Notes: generated by a model not told the origin, from the letters alone. Shown: positions 41,401 to 51,362, numbered from the stretch's first letter. The stretch: DNA of 64,000 nt from Candidatus Tepidifontimicrobium thermophilum (GCA_031459915.1 JAVKHO010000015.1:11099-75098), one strand, 5' to 3'. Numbers and translations are program-made.

Positions 41401-42564
41401 CTACGCCGGCCACACGGACCAGGGCACGAGGGCGTACCCCTCCATCAGCCGGCGCGCGGTCCGGTACGTGGTGACCTTGTCCACCACCCACTGGCCGCCC
41501 CGGTAGCCCACCGAGGCAGCCGCCTCCAGCACCCCCGCAGGGTGGCCGATCCGCACGCGGCCGTCCTGCAGACCTGCCCGCACGGCCTCGTGCACCACGG
41601 TCCCCTCCACTTGGGCGGCCACCGCGGTGCACGCCGCCCCACTCAACGCGAACGCCCGGTGCAGCCTGCCCATGGACAGGATCCTGCCCACCAGGTCTAC
41701 CTCTCCCGCCTCCACCACCGTCCCGCGGGTGGAGCGGTACGGTGCGGGAGGGCAGACGAAGGCCAGCTTGGGGATCCCCGGGCTGCGCCGGGTGGCCTCC
41801 TCAGGAGTGGCGGCGATGCCCATGTGAACCGCCGCGTGCGCCCGGACCCGTTCCAGCCGCTGCAGCAGGTCCGAGTTGCCGTCCACCTCCTCCGGGCCTT
41901 CCGTACCCCGCAGACCCACGTCCTGCGGCCGGACGAACACCACCGGGTTCACCGCGTCCACCAGGGAGACGGTGACGCTGCCGACCCCGGGCACGTGCAG
42001 GAGCTCTGCGGCCTTCCCGGTGGGCAGCAGCCGCCCCGTAACCGACCCCGCGGGGTCCAGGAAGTCCAGCGCGATGCGGGCTCCGGTTCCCGGCACCCCG
42101 TCGATGGCGTAGTCCCCTTCCACCTCGGGCAGGTGGTTGCGGGTGGGGACGTGGGCGTGGATGCGCTTACGCGTGTTGGTCTGCCAGATCCGCACGGTGG
42201 TGATGGGGTCTGTACCCCGCACCAGCCCCTCCTCCATGGCGAAGGGCCCCACCGCCGCGGTCAGGTTGCCGCACGTCCCGCCGTAGTCCACCAGGGGTTC
42301 GGTGACGCTCACCTGTCCGAAGGTGAACTCCACGTCTGCTTCGGGCACAGAAGGCGGGCCCACGATCACCACCTTGCTGGTGGTGGACACCGCGCCCCCC
42401 AGGCCGTCCACCTGCCGGCCGTAGGGGTCACCTCCGCCGAACACCTTGAGGATCACGCGGTCCCGCAGTTCGGGGTCTTCCGGCAGGTCCGGCCGCAGGA
42501 AGAAAACCCCGCGGCTGGTCCCGCCCCGCATGAGCACCGCCCGGATCCTGCGCTGGTTTCCCAA
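41401..42564 (-). CDS. PrpF/FldA family isomerase
   Basis: MRGGTSRG, QVDGLGG..TTSK, GTCGNL, HPAG, RTARRLMEG motifs; start uncertain (42564 or 42576). Confidence 0.9.
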   Translation of the reverse strand: MGNQRRIRAVLMRGGTSRGVFFLRPDLPEDPELRDRVILKVFGGGDPYGRQVDGLGGAVSTTSKVVIVGPPSVPEADVEFTFGQVSVTEPLVDYGGTCGNLTAAVGPFAMEEGLVRGTDPITTVRIWQTNTRKRIHAHVPTRNHLPEVEGDYAIDGVPGTGARIALDFLDPAGSVTGRLLPTGKAAELLHVPGVGSVTVSLVDAVNPVVFVRPQDVGLRGTEGPEEVDGNSDLLQRLERVRAHAAVHMGIAATPEEATRRSPGIPKLAFVCPPAPYRSTRGTVVEAGEVDLVGRILSMGRLHRAFALSGAACTAVAAQVEGTVVHEAVRAGLQDGRVRIGHPAGVLEAAASVGYRGGQWVVDKVTTYRTARRLMEGYALVPWSVWPA

Positions 42565-42632
42565 GGCTCTGCCCACCTCCGCAGCAGTTCCACGGAGCCT
42601 TCCCGGATCCTGCGCCTGAGGCCTCGCGATCA

Positions 42633-42683
42633 CGCATACCATTGTTCCAGACCCTTGTCAACTTGTGTTCATTTGCATACAAT
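42633..42683. promoter_or_regulatory. overlapping divergent promoters with probable GntR operators
   Basis: + strand TTGTCA-17-TACAAT; - strand TTGACA-17-TATGCG; GCATAC repeated over both -10 elements; TTGCATACAA near-palindrome. Confidence 0.65.
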
Positions 42684-42690
42684 TTGGCCG

Positions 42691-43407
42691 ATGCCCAACA
42701 GGACCTCCGGCCGAAGGCAGGTGGCCGCCTCCCAGGCGGTGTACCAGTGGGTGGTGGCCGCCATCCGCAGCGGCCGCCTGCGGCCGGGAGACCCCCTGCG
42801 GGAGGAGCAGCTGGCGCGCCAGCTCCGGTGCAGCCGCACGCCCGTACGGGAAGCCCTGCAGCGCCTCCGGGCGGAAGGCTACCTGGAGCGCGGCCGTCGC
42901 CGGGGGCTCGCGGTGGCGGAGCCCACCCAGGAGGAACTGCTGGACCTGTGCGTGGTACGGGAGACCCTGGAGGGTCTCGCGGCGCGGCTGGCGGCCCGCG
43001 GGATCACCACCAGCGAGGTGTACTTCCTCGAAGAGCTGTGCGAGGACATGGAGCGCGCCCTTCAACAGGACGACCTGCACGCCCTGGCGCGGCTGAACGC
43101 GGAATTCCACGCGGTGATCTGGCGCGCCGCCCGCAACCGCTGCCTGGCCCGGGAGCTGCAGCGGATCTGGCTGCTCATCGCCCGCCAGCCCGTCACCACC
43201 CTGAGCTACCCGGGCCGCGCCCGCGAGGCCCTGGCCGAACACCGGGCCCTGCTGGACGCCATCCGCGTGGGCGACGCGGACCGCGCGGAACAGCTGGCAC
43301 GCCAGCACATGGCGAGGGCGCAGATGGTCCGGATGCGCATCGCCGCCGGCTGTACCCTCGCGCAGCCCGGCGTCCCGATGCCCGGGGTCGGCCATCCGGA
43401 GCCGTAG
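42691..43407 (+). CDS. GntR family (FCD) transcriptional regulator
   Basis: PGDPLRE..LA..L..SRTPVREAL winged HTH; N..FH and EH..LL.AI FCD motifs. Confidence 0.93.
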   Translation: MPNRTSGRRQVAASQAVYQWVVAAIRSGRLRPGDPLREEQLARQLRCSRTPVREALQRLRAEGYLERGRRRGLAVAEPTQEELLDLCVVRETLEGLAARLAARGITTSEVYFLEELCEDMERALQQDDLHALARLNAEFHAVIWRAARNRCLARELQRIWLLIARQPVTTLSYPGRAREALAEHRALLDAIRVGDADRAEQLARQHMARAQMVRMRIAAGCTLAQPGVPMPGVGHPEP

Positions 43408-43409
43408 CC

Positions 43410-44450
43410 GTGCCCCGGTACCCGGCGGGAGAGCTGCGCGGCTGGGTGGCTCGCTTGTTCGAAGCCGCAGGCCTCGACGCCGAAGACGCGCGGCTGATCT
43501 CCGACGTCCTCGTCAGCGCGGACCGGGCCGGGGTGCACTCCCACGGCGTCGTCCGGGTGGGCGCGTACGCGGAGCTCGTACGCAGCGGTATCTGGCGATC
43601 CGGGGTGCGGCCCCGGCTGGTCCGGGAAGGTGCCGCCTTCCTCCTGCTGGACGCGGAGGGCTGCCCGGGTCCGGTGGCCGCGGTGGACGGGATGACCAGG
43701 TGCGTGGAGAAGGCACGCCGCAGCGGCCTCGCGGGCGTGTGGGTGCGCAGCGGAGGCCACTTCGGACGGGCGGGCTACTACGCGGAGATCGCGGCCCGAG
43801 AAGGTCTGGTGGGTGTGGCCATGGCCAACGCCGCGCCCAGCCTGGCCCCGTGGGGCGGACGGGAGCGGACCCTCGGCAACAACCCCGTGGCGGTGGCCGT
43901 CCCGCGCAGGGACGGGCCCCCCATCGTCCTGGACATGGCCCTCTCGGTGGCGGCCCAAGGCCGTGTCCGCCTGGCCGCGGAGCGCCGCGAGCGGCTGCCT
44001 GCCGGATGGGCCCTGGACCCGCACGGCCACCCCACGGACGACCCGCAACAGGCCCTGGCCGGTACGCTCCTCCCCGTGGGGGGCTACAAGGGGTACGGGA
44101 TGGCCCTGGTGGTGGACGTGCTCACAGGCGTGCTGTGCGGGGGCAGCTTCGGCCGGGACGTCTCGCCCCTTCGGGGGAGCCGGTACGGCGCCAGCCACGC
44201 CTTTTTCGCGGTGGACGTACGGCACCTCCGGGGACCTTCTGAATTCTTCACGGACGTGGAGCGGCTGGTGCACATGGTGAAGGGCACGGCCCTGGCTCCA
44301 GGCTACACGGAGGTCCTGTTGCCGGGCGAGCGGGAGGCGCGCTGTACCGCCGAGCAGACGGACGCGGTGGAGCTGCCGGAGGAGGTCGTAGCACAGGTCC
44401 GGCGGGTCGCGGCCCTTCTGGGCCTTCCGGGGCCGCGGGAGGAGGGATGA
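43410..44450 (+). CDS. Ldh2 family oxidoreductase (type 2 malate/L-lactate/sulfolactate dehydrogenase-like)
   Basis: AD..GV.SHG, HFGRAGYY, GNNP, LDMA, GGYKGYG, LPGE motifs. Confidence 0.9.
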   Translation: MPRYPAGELRGWVARLFEAAGLDAEDARLISDVLVSADRAGVHSHGVVRVGAYAELVRSGIWRSGVRPRLVREGAAFLLLDAEGCPGPVAAVDGMTRCVEKARRSGLAGVWVRSGGHFGRAGYYAEIAAREGLVGVAMANAAPSLAPWGGRERTLGNNPVAVAVPRRDGPPIVLDMALSVAAQGRVRLAAERRERLPAGWALDPHGHPTDDPQQALAGTLLPVGGYKGYGMALVVDVLTGVLCGGSFGRDVSPLRGSRYGASHAFFAVDVRHLRGPSEFFTDVERLVHMVKGTALAPGYTEVLLPGEREARCTAEQTDAVELPEEVVAQVRRVAALLGLPGPREEG

Positions 44451-45565
44451 GCTCCAGCGGGCCACGTCAGGCTGCCTACCGGCTCGGTGTCCTGAAGGGC
44501 GACGGCATCGGGCCCGAGGTGGTCCCCGTGGCGGTGGACCTAGCGGACCTGTCCGCGCGCGCGGCAGGCCTCTCCGTGGAATGGGTGGAGCTGCCCGTGG
44601 GGCTGGAGGCGTACGGGCAGCTGGGCGACACCCTCCCCCAGCAGACCGTGGAGGCCCTCCACGGCTGCCACGGGTGGGTACTGGGGCCTGTCGAGCACCA
44701 CCGTTACGACCCCCGGCTTTCAGGCATGCGCAACCCCAGCGGGACGCTGCGGAGGCTCTTTGACCTTTACGCCAACGAGCGGCCAGCCCGCAACCTCCCG
44801 GCGGTCCCCAGCCGGTACGAGGCTGTGGACCTGGTGGTGGTGCGGGAGAACACCGAGGGCTTCTACGCCGACCGCAACGTGCTGGAGGGCGATGCCGAGG
44901 TCCTGGTGACCCCTGACGTGGTGATCAGCCTCCGCGTGGTCACCCGGCGCGCGTGTGAGCGGATCGCAGAGTACGCTTTCCAGCTAGCCCGCCGCCGCGC
45001 ACGCCTCCGCGCCCGCCCCGGCCGGGTGACCGCGGTCCACAAGGCCAACGTCCTGCGGCGGGGCGACGGGCTGTTCCTGGCTTGCTGCCGGGCCGTGGCG
45101 TCCCGGTACCCCGACGTGGCCCTCGACGATGTGCATGCAGACGCGGCCGCGTACTTCCTCGTGCGGGACCCGCAGCGGTACGACGTGCTGGTCACCACCA
45201 ACCTGTTCGGCGACATCCTGAGCGACCAGGCGGCGGGGCTGGTGGGAAGTCTTGGCGTGGCACCCTCCCTGAACTCCGGCGACGAGCACGCCATGGCCCA
45301 GGCGGTCCACGGATCGGCCCCCGACATCGCGGGGAGCGGGGTCGCCAACCCTACTGCGGAGATCCTGTCCGTGGCGATGCTGTTCGAGTGGCTCGGCCGG
45401 CGGTTCGACGACCCCGCGGCCACCGAGGCCGCCCGCCGCTTGGAGGAAGCCGTGGGCGCGGCGCTTTCCGCAGGTGTCCGGACCCCCGACCTGGGTGGGT
45501 CCGCCACCACCGCGGAGTTCGCCCGCGCGGTGCGGGCGCGCCTGGCCCCTGGTAGCATGCTTTGA
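44447..45565 (+). CDS. isocitrate/isopropylmalate dehydrogenase family protein
   Basis: GDGIGPEV, RENTEG.Y, HKANV, NLFGDILSD, QAVHGSAPDIAG motifs. Confidence 0.92.
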   Translation: MSSSGPRQAAYRLGVLKGDGIGPEVVPVAVDLADLSARAAGLSVEWVELPVGLEAYGQLGDTLPQQTVEALHGCHGWVLGPVEHHRYDPRLSGMRNPSGTLRRLFDLYANERPARNLPAVPSRYEAVDLVVVRENTEGFYADRNVLEGDAEVLVTPDVVISLRVVTRRACERIAEYAFQLARRRARLRARPGRVTAVHKANVLRRGDGLFLACCRAVASRYPDVALDDVHADAAAYFLVRDPQRYDVLVTTNLFGDILSDQAAGLVGSLGVAPSLNSGDEHAMAQAVHGSAPDIAGSGVANPTAEILSVAMLFEWLGRRFDDPAATEAARRLEEAVGAALSAGVRTPDLGGSATTAEFARAVRARLAPGSML

Positions 45566-45581
45566 GGGAGGAGGCAGGTTG

Positions 45582-46148
45582 ATGGAGAGCCGACGGGTCG
45601 AGACCGCCACCCTGGCGGGCGGCTGTTTCTGGTGCACGGAAGCGGTGTTCGACGAGCTGGAGGGCGTGCTGGAGGTCGTCCCGGGCTATGCGGGTGGCCA
45701 CGTCCCCAACCCGACCTACGAACAGGTGTGTACGGGGACCACCGGGCACGCGGAGGCGGTGCAGATCACCTTCGACCCCGACCGGATCAGCTACCGAGAG
45801 CTGCTGGAAGTGTTCTTCGCGGTCCACGACCCCACCACCCTGAACCGCCAGGGACCCGACGTGGGCCACCAGTACCGGTCTGCCATCTTCACCCACAGCC
45901 CGGAGCAGGACCAGGTGGCGCGGCAGGTCATCGCGGAGCTGGAGCGGCAGCGGGTGTGGCCCGACCCCATCGTCACCGAGGTGGTGCCCTTTACGGACTT
46001 CTACCCTGCGGAGGACTACCACCGGGACTACTACCGGCGTCACCCGGACCAGGCTTACTGCGCGGCGGTGATCGCGCCCAAGCTGGAGAAATTCCGCAGA
46101 CGCTATGCGGCCCGCCTGAAGCGGATAGAGCCTGCGAGGGACAGCTGA
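45582..46148 (+). CDS. msrA: peptide methionine sulfoxide reductase A
   Basis: GGCFWC, GYAGG, TGHAE, HDPT..NRQG.D.G.QYRS, AEDYH motifs. Confidence 0.96.
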   Translation: MESRRVETATLAGGCFWCTEAVFDELEGVLEVVPGYAGGHVPNPTYEQVCTGTTGHAEAVQITFDPDRISYRELLEVFFAVHDPTTLNRQGPDVGHQYRSAIFTHSPEQDQVARQVIAELERQRVWPDPIVTEVVPFTDFYPAEDYHRDYYRRHPDQAYCAAVIAPKLEKFRRRYAARLKRIEPARDS

Positions 46149-46160
46149 CAGGGGAGCGCC

Positions 46161-46678
46161 GTGGAGCGTCTGGTCCCTGCGCTGAAAGACCACTTCGACA
46201 GCCTCCAGGATCGCCTCCGGTGCTTTTACGAACTGCAAATGCAGGTGGAGGGGTGGTTCAAGGGAGAACTCCTCTTCGTCCTGAGGACGGTTCACATCGC
46301 ACCGTTTGACCGCGAAGCGCGGCTTGAGCGCGGGAGGGTGGACCTGACCGTCACGCTGGATGGGGCCACCCATTACGTGGAGCTGAAACATTGGCACATC
46401 GGGAGGCAGGGAGACGCCGTCTACTCGCCCCGTTTCTACTTGCTGGCGACGAGTATGTCGGCATCGTCCGGGACCTGGAAAAGCTCGCCCGCGTGCCCCG
46501 GACTTCGCCGAAATGGTTGCTCGTGCTGATGACGAAGAACCCGGGCCCAGAAGCCTGGCAAGAGGGGTTGAGCGCGTTCCACCACAAGTTCGGAGAGTGG
46601 AAGCTCACAGCCCGCACTGCCCCCGAAACCTTTCCGTCTAGCTACTTCCTCGGGCTCCTTTCCTGCAACTTGACGTAG
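46161..46678 (+). pseudogene. frameshifted PD-(D/E)xK-like nuclease
   Basis: EGW..EL, RVDL, VELK in frame 1; continues AGDEYVGIVRDLEKL... in another frame after ~46440; lower GC than flanks. Confidence 0.55.
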
Positions 46679-46766
46679 GATCCTCCCGCTTCCAAGCAGC
46701 GAGCCCCCACTCTGCAGCCCCGGACGATCGGCATAGGTCCCCGCCTTCCCTGGAGGCGGCCGCCCC

Positions 46767-47534
46767 TCAGGCACGGACTGCCCGGAACACCGCCTTGTGC
46801 AGGGCAAACCGTAAGGGCTCCGTGCGGATCGCGAACAGCTCCCGCAGCCGCTCCGGCGCCTGGGTCAGCATGGCCACCAGCACGGACCGCAGTTCCTCAG
46901 GAGTGCCCGCCCGTTCCACCCACGAGGGGAAGTCCAGGTCGAGCCGCATCTCGTGCACCGCCTCCACCACCAGCCCCGCCGCCCGGAGCGCCTGGCACCA
47001 CTCCGCCACAGTCCAGTCCCGAACGTGGGTCGGGTCCCGGAGGACCTCCACCGCGTTGATGAACCGGTCCGCCACCTCGTCCGCGGGGGAGACGGTGTCC
47101 GAGACCACCAACCGGCCGCCGGGCCTCAGCACCCGCGCCATCTCCCGCACCGGCCCCAGGAGGTCGGGGTAGTGATGTGCGGCGGTACGGCAGGTGACGA
47201 TGTGGAAGATCCCCTCAGGGAACGGCAGGGCCCGCACGTCCGCCTCCCGGAAGTCCACGTTCTGGAACCCCCGTTCCCGCGCGAGCCGCCCGGCCACCGC
47301 CAGCATCTCCGGGGTCACGTCCGTGGCCACCACCCGCGCCACGTACGGCGCCAGGGCCATCGCGGTGTGTCCCGCACCCGTAGAGACGTCCAGGGCGACG
47401 TCCCCCTTTTCCGGTTCCGCGAAGCGGACCACCACCTCCAGGTCCGCGCCCCGCGCGTGCACGGAGCTGGTCGCGTACAGCTCCGCGTGGCGGCCGAACT
47501 GCTCCCGCACGTCCCGACCGGACAAGCCGAGCAC
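46767..47534 (-). CDS. class I SAM-dependent methyltransferase
   Basis: LDVSTGAG, D..LPF, RVLRPGG, LRDPTH motifs. Confidence 0.9.
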   Translation of the reverse strand: MLGLSGRDVREQFGRHAELYATSSVHARGADLEVVVRFAEPEKGDVALDVSTGAGHTAMALAPYVARVVATDVTPEMLAVAGRLARERGFQNVDFREADVRALPFPEGIFHIVTCRTAAHHYPDLLGPVREMARVLRPGGRLVVSDTVSPADEVADRFINAVEVLRDPTHVRDWTVAEWCQALRAAGLVVEAVHEMRLDLDFPSWVERAGTPEELRSVLVAMLTQAPERLRELFAIRTEPLRFALHKAVFRAVRA

Positions 47535-47572
47535 CTCCTTCCGGACCTCGCCCCCTGGGATCCACCGCAGAC

Positions 47573-48208
47573 TCAGGGCTCCCGGCCCGACGCCCCACCC
47601 AGCTCCAGCTCCCCCAGCTGAATCAGGCTTTCCAGGTCCTCGAGGGCGTCAGGTAGCCAGCGACGGAACAGCTCCCGGGTGGCCTGGCGGTCTTCCTCCG
47701 AAGCGGCGCCCAGCATCCTCGCCACGTCCGCTAGGTCCTGGGTGCGTCCCGCCTGCACCTTCATCAGCACGAGGTAGGGCAGCGCCAACACCGGCAGGCC
47801 CTGCGGGTCCGTGCGGACCCGCACCAGCGCCTCCCGGATCCACGGTGCCTCGGATGCCATCACGTCCACAGGCACACCTTCGGGGCTGGTGTAGCTGCGG
47901 CCGCCCACGGCCAGGGCCGGCCCCGGACGGAAGCCGGCTTCTACCAAACGCCGGTGGACCTCCCCTGCGTCCTCCCGTGCCACCACCACGTCCAGGTCCG
48001 CGGTCGCCCGCTCGGGCATGTACAACCGGCTGCCCACCGCACCCACCACCGCCCACGGGATCCCCTTGAGGGGCTCGCTCAGGTCAGGCCAGCGTTTCAA
48101 GGCAGTCCGCCTCCCGAGGACCTCCGGGGCGGTGCCGGTCCCCGGCCTCGCCCGCCGGCGGGCCACCTCGAGAAACCTGCGACGGCGTTCGGCCACCGAC
48201 TGGGCCAC
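47573..48208 (-). CDS. Pol-beta superfamily nucleotidyltransferase-like protein
   Basis: AVVGAVG....RATADLD, VDV, LMK..AGR.QD.ADV motifs. Confidence 0.7.
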   Translation of the reverse strand: MAQSVAERRRRFLEVARRRARPGTGTAPEVLGRRTALKRWPDLSEPLKGIPWAVVGAVGSRLYMPERATADLDVVVAREDAGEVHRRLVEAGFRPGPALAVGGRSYTSPEGVPVDVMASEAPWIREALVRVRTDPQGLPVLALPYLVLMKVQAGRTQDLADVARMLGAASEEDRQATRELFRRWLPDALEDLESLIQLGELELGGASGREP

Positions 48209-48262
48209 GGCTGTGTGCGAGTTCTACGGGCGTGGGCGCTTACCTGCCTGCGGCGCACAGCG

Positions 48263-49405
48263 TCACGGCAGCGCGGGCGGCCGCGGCAGGGCCGCGGGCC
48301 GTGCGGGTGGGACGAACGGACCTCCGGAGCTCAGATCCACGCGGGCCTCCACCCGCTCCGGCCCCGTGCCCACGGGAAGCACCAGGGCTGCAGGCCACGC
48401 GGAGGTCCGTCGTTCGAACACCAAAAGCCCCTCCGCCCGACCCCGCGCGGGGACCTCCGCCGGGAAAGTGGACCGCAGGAACCGGACGGGCAGCTCCCCG
48501 TCCGGTCCCGTCAGGGCTGCCTCCATCACCCCCACGCTCACGGGTCGGTCTGCGCTGTTGTCGGCCACCAGCGACAGCACCCAGGCCTCACGGTGCTCCG
48601 AAAGCCGCTGGGGCCGCAGCACCACCGGCCCCGCGGGGTGGAAGGTGCGGAAGTAACGGACCCGCAGGGGCAGGTTGCGGGACGGGAACTCCTCGTACGC
48701 GCGCTGCACGCCGCGGACCCGGTCCGCGAAACCCGGGTGCGTGCCGGCCCAGTGGGTGTTCTCCTGGCGCCTCCCGGTGACCTCGTTGAACCAGCTCAGG
48801 GTCCGGGCCGCCGCCTGGGGGTCGAAGCCTGCCTCCACCAGCATGCGCAGCGCCTCGCGGTCCGCCTCCACCTCCAGTTCCCTGGAGAAGCCCAGGGTCG
48901 AAATCCGCAGCAACAGCTGCACCACGTCCCCCGCGGTGGGGCTGCCCGTGAGGATGGCCACCAGGATGCTGGCGATCTGACCGACCTGCGCCCGGGCCAC
49001 ATGCTGCGCCACGTGCCGCCGGGCGGTGTGCGCCACCTCGTGGGCCACCACGAAGGCCCAGGCCTCCACGTCTGGGTTCAACCGGATCAGGCCGGCGGTG
49101 ACGAAGATCCACCCCGGCGTGCTCACCGCGTTGGGCTCCCGGTCATCCAGGATGGCGATCCGGTAGGGGACGTGGGTCCGGCCGGAGAACGGCACCACCC
49201 GGTCGCGCAACCCGGAGAGGAACGCGAGCCAGTCCGGGTCGGCCACCAGGCCGTGCTGCGCCATCAGGCGGGCCGCCACCGCGCGTCCGACGGCCAGCTC
49301 CTGGTCCTCCGGGATGGTGACCTGCGCGGCCGCGGACGTCGTAGACAGGACGAGCGCAGTGACTACCGCGGCGAGCCTGGTGACGGATCCTGCGCTTCCC
49401 CTCAC
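48263..49405 (-). CDS. secreted M48 family zinc metalloprotease with C-terminal extension
   Basis: signal peptide; PNA...PG, AHEVAH, FSRELE.EAD, THP..R motifs. Confidence 0.88.
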   Translation of the reverse strand: MRGSAGSVTRLAAVVTALVLSTTSAAAQVTIPEDQELAVGRAVAARLMAQHGLVADPDWLAFLSGLRDRVVPFSGRTHVPYRIAILDDREPNAVSTPGWIFVTAGLIRLNPDVEAWAFVVAHEVAHTARRHVAQHVARAQVGQIASILVAILTGSPTAGDVVQLLLRISTLGFSRELEVEADREALRMLVEAGFDPQAAARTLSWFNEVTGRRQENTHWAGTHPGFADRVRGVQRAYEEFPSRNLPLRVRYFRTFHPAGPVVLRPQRLSEHREAWVLSLVADNSADRPVSVGVMEAALTGPDGELPVRFLRSTFPAEVPARGRAEGLLVFERRTSAWPAALVLPVGTGPERVEARVDLSSGGPFVPPARPAALPRPPALP

Positions 49406-49436
49406 CACTGCTCCCGCGCCCGGTGTTCCCACGCCG

Positions 49437-50180
49437 CTACTGCCGACACGGGGGCGGCAGCTCGATCTGGATGGGTGCGCCGAAGTCCCCGTAGTCCTCG
49501 GTCATCATCGGCTTACCGTCCTGCAGCCATTCCAAGCGCCGGGGCAGGCCGTCCGCGCCCACCGACAGGCGCTGCTCGCTGGCGGGCTGTCCCGGCATCC
49601 GCCACACCATCCGGTAAACCCGCACGGGCGCGCCGCCGAGAGAGGCCTGAGGGAGACGTGCCACCTCGACCTCCAACTCCGGGGGCGCCTGTGCGCCGCC
49701 ACCCGCCTCCAGCGTCTCGCACCGCCACCCGGTGAGGCGCTGCGCCACCGCTTGCGTCATCGCGTTCATCGCCGCTTGCACCAGGAAGCCGGTGGCGAAG
49801 CCGATCGGGTCCAGGAAGGCGCCGAGCAGGTCACCGGGACCGACGGAGGGCTGCGGGAAGGCCGGCTGGCCGGTCCTGCTCACCTGGCGGGAGGCCATCT
49901 GGCGCCCGACGATGATGGCCTCCGCGGTGTACTCCGGCAGCTCTACCACGACACGCCGCCGGTCGGGGTTCACCACCTCGGTGAGCATGGTCATCCGTAT
50001 CGGGGCTTCCGGGGCTACGGCCGCGCGGATCCGGTAGCTGCGCACGGCCTCCAGCCGCGCCTGCGCCGCCCCCACTTCCTCCCAGGCCTGCGCGTCGCCC
50101 CTCACGGCAACACCCGCCGGCGCCCCCCACGCTGCGGCGGCGACCCACAACACGAGCACCGCTGCGAGCATCCTGTGCAT
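49437..50180 (-). CDS. hypothetical secreted protein
   Basis: signal peptide; beta-rich; C-terminal Y.DFG.PI.IE.P reminiscent of LolA/LppX-like folds; GGGGAG RBS. Confidence 0.68.
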   Translation of the reverse strand: MHRMLAAVLVLWVAAAAWGAPAGVAVRGDAQAWEEVGAAQARLEAVRSYRIRAAVAPEAPIRMTMLTEVVNPDRRRVVVELPEYTAEAIIVGRQMASRQVSRTGQPAFPQPSVGPGDLLGAFLDPIGFATGFLVQAAMNAMTQAVAQRLTGWRCETLEAGGGAQAPPELEVEVARLPQASLGGAPVRVYRMVWRMPGQPASEQRLSVGADGLPRRLEWLQDGKPMMTEDYGDFGAPIQIELPPPCRQ

Positions 50181-50352
50181 GTCCCGCTCCCCCTGGAGAT
50201 CCCGGTCTTCGGGGCAGGGACTCGTGACGCAGGCGCCACGGGTACCCGTCCGGAGGCCTCCCAGCCGTGTTTACCACCTGTCCGGCAGCTCGGTAAAGGG
50301 CGGCAAGGGCTCCGGCGGGAGTTGCCCGCACCGTGGCGAACTCCACACGCAC

Positions 50353-51303
50353 GTGAAGGCCGCGGTCCTGTACCGTCCGGGCCGGCCCCTGCGCCTGGAG
50401 CGACGCCCGCGGCCCAGGCCGCGCGGCGAGGAGGTCCTCGTGCGTGTCCTGGGGTGCGGGGTGTGCCACAGCGACGTCTCCCTCGCAGACGGCCGGTTCG
50501 AGGCCCGCCTGCCCCTGGTCCTGGGGCACGAGGTGGCCGGTCACACGGACGGGCTGGGAAACGTCCTCGTGTACGCCAGCTGGGGGTGCGGAGCGTGCCG
50601 GTTCTGTCAGCAGGGCGAGGAACAGCTCTGTCCTGAAGCCCAGCAGGCGGGCTGGACCTGCGACGGCGGCTACGCGGAGTGGGTCCGGGTTCCCTCACCC
50701 CGGTACCTCGTACCCCTGGGGGACCTGGACCCCGTGCACGCCGCACCCCTGGCGGACGCGGGACTGACCCCGTACCGCGCGGTCCGCCGCGCCCTCCCGT
50801 GGCTGCGGGAAGGTGCTACCGCCCTCGTGGTGGGCGCGGGTGGGCTGGGCCAGTTCGCCGTGCAGTACGTTCGCCTGCTCTCCCCAGCTCAGGTGGTGGC
50901 GGTGGAACGCGACCGCCGCAAGTTCCCCTGGGTGCTGGACCTGGGCGCGCAGGCGGTGCTGCATCCGCGCGAAAAGGCGCCCCCGGTGCGGGTGGTGTTC
51001 GACTTCGTAGGGTCGTCGGCTACCCTCCGGCTGGCTTTGGAGGCCGTAGAACCCGGCGGCCTGGTGGTCCAGGTGGGTGCGGGAGGCGGTCGGGTGCCCT
51101 TCGGCTTCGACCTCGTGCCGGCGGAAGTCCACCTGACCAACTCCGTGTGGGGATCGCTGCAAGAACTCCGGGAAGTTGTCGCGCTCGCCCGCTCCGGCAG
51201 GTTGCGCTGGCACGTGGAAGCGGTGTCCCTGGACCAGGTCAACGAAGCGCTGGAACGGGTCCGCCGCGGCCGAGTCCTGGGTCGCCTGGTTCTGACCCCT
51301 TAA
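50353..51303 (+). CDS. zinc-dependent alcohol dehydrogenase
   Basis: CHSD, GHE, CGACRFC..C, ADAGLTPY, GAGGLG motifs. Confidence 0.92.
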   Translation: MKAAVLYRPGRPLRLERRPRPRPRGEEVLVRVLGCGVCHSDVSLADGRFEARLPLVLGHEVAGHTDGLGNVLVYASWGCGACRFCQQGEEQLCPEAQQAGWTCDGGYAEWVRVPSPRYLVPLGDLDPVHAAPLADAGLTPYRAVRRALPWLREGATALVVGAGGLGQFAVQYVRLLSPAQVVAVERDRRKFPWVLDLGAQAVLHPREKAPPVRVVFDFVGSSATLRLALEAVEPGGLVVQVGAGGGRVPFGFDLVPAEVHLTNSVWGSLQELREVVALARSGRLRWHVEAVSLDQVNEALERVRRGRVLGRLVLTP

Positions 51304-51362
51304 CTCCCGCCGGCGCATCTTTTCCCGTGCACGCGCTGGCCCTATGCTGCTGGCGGGAGGGG

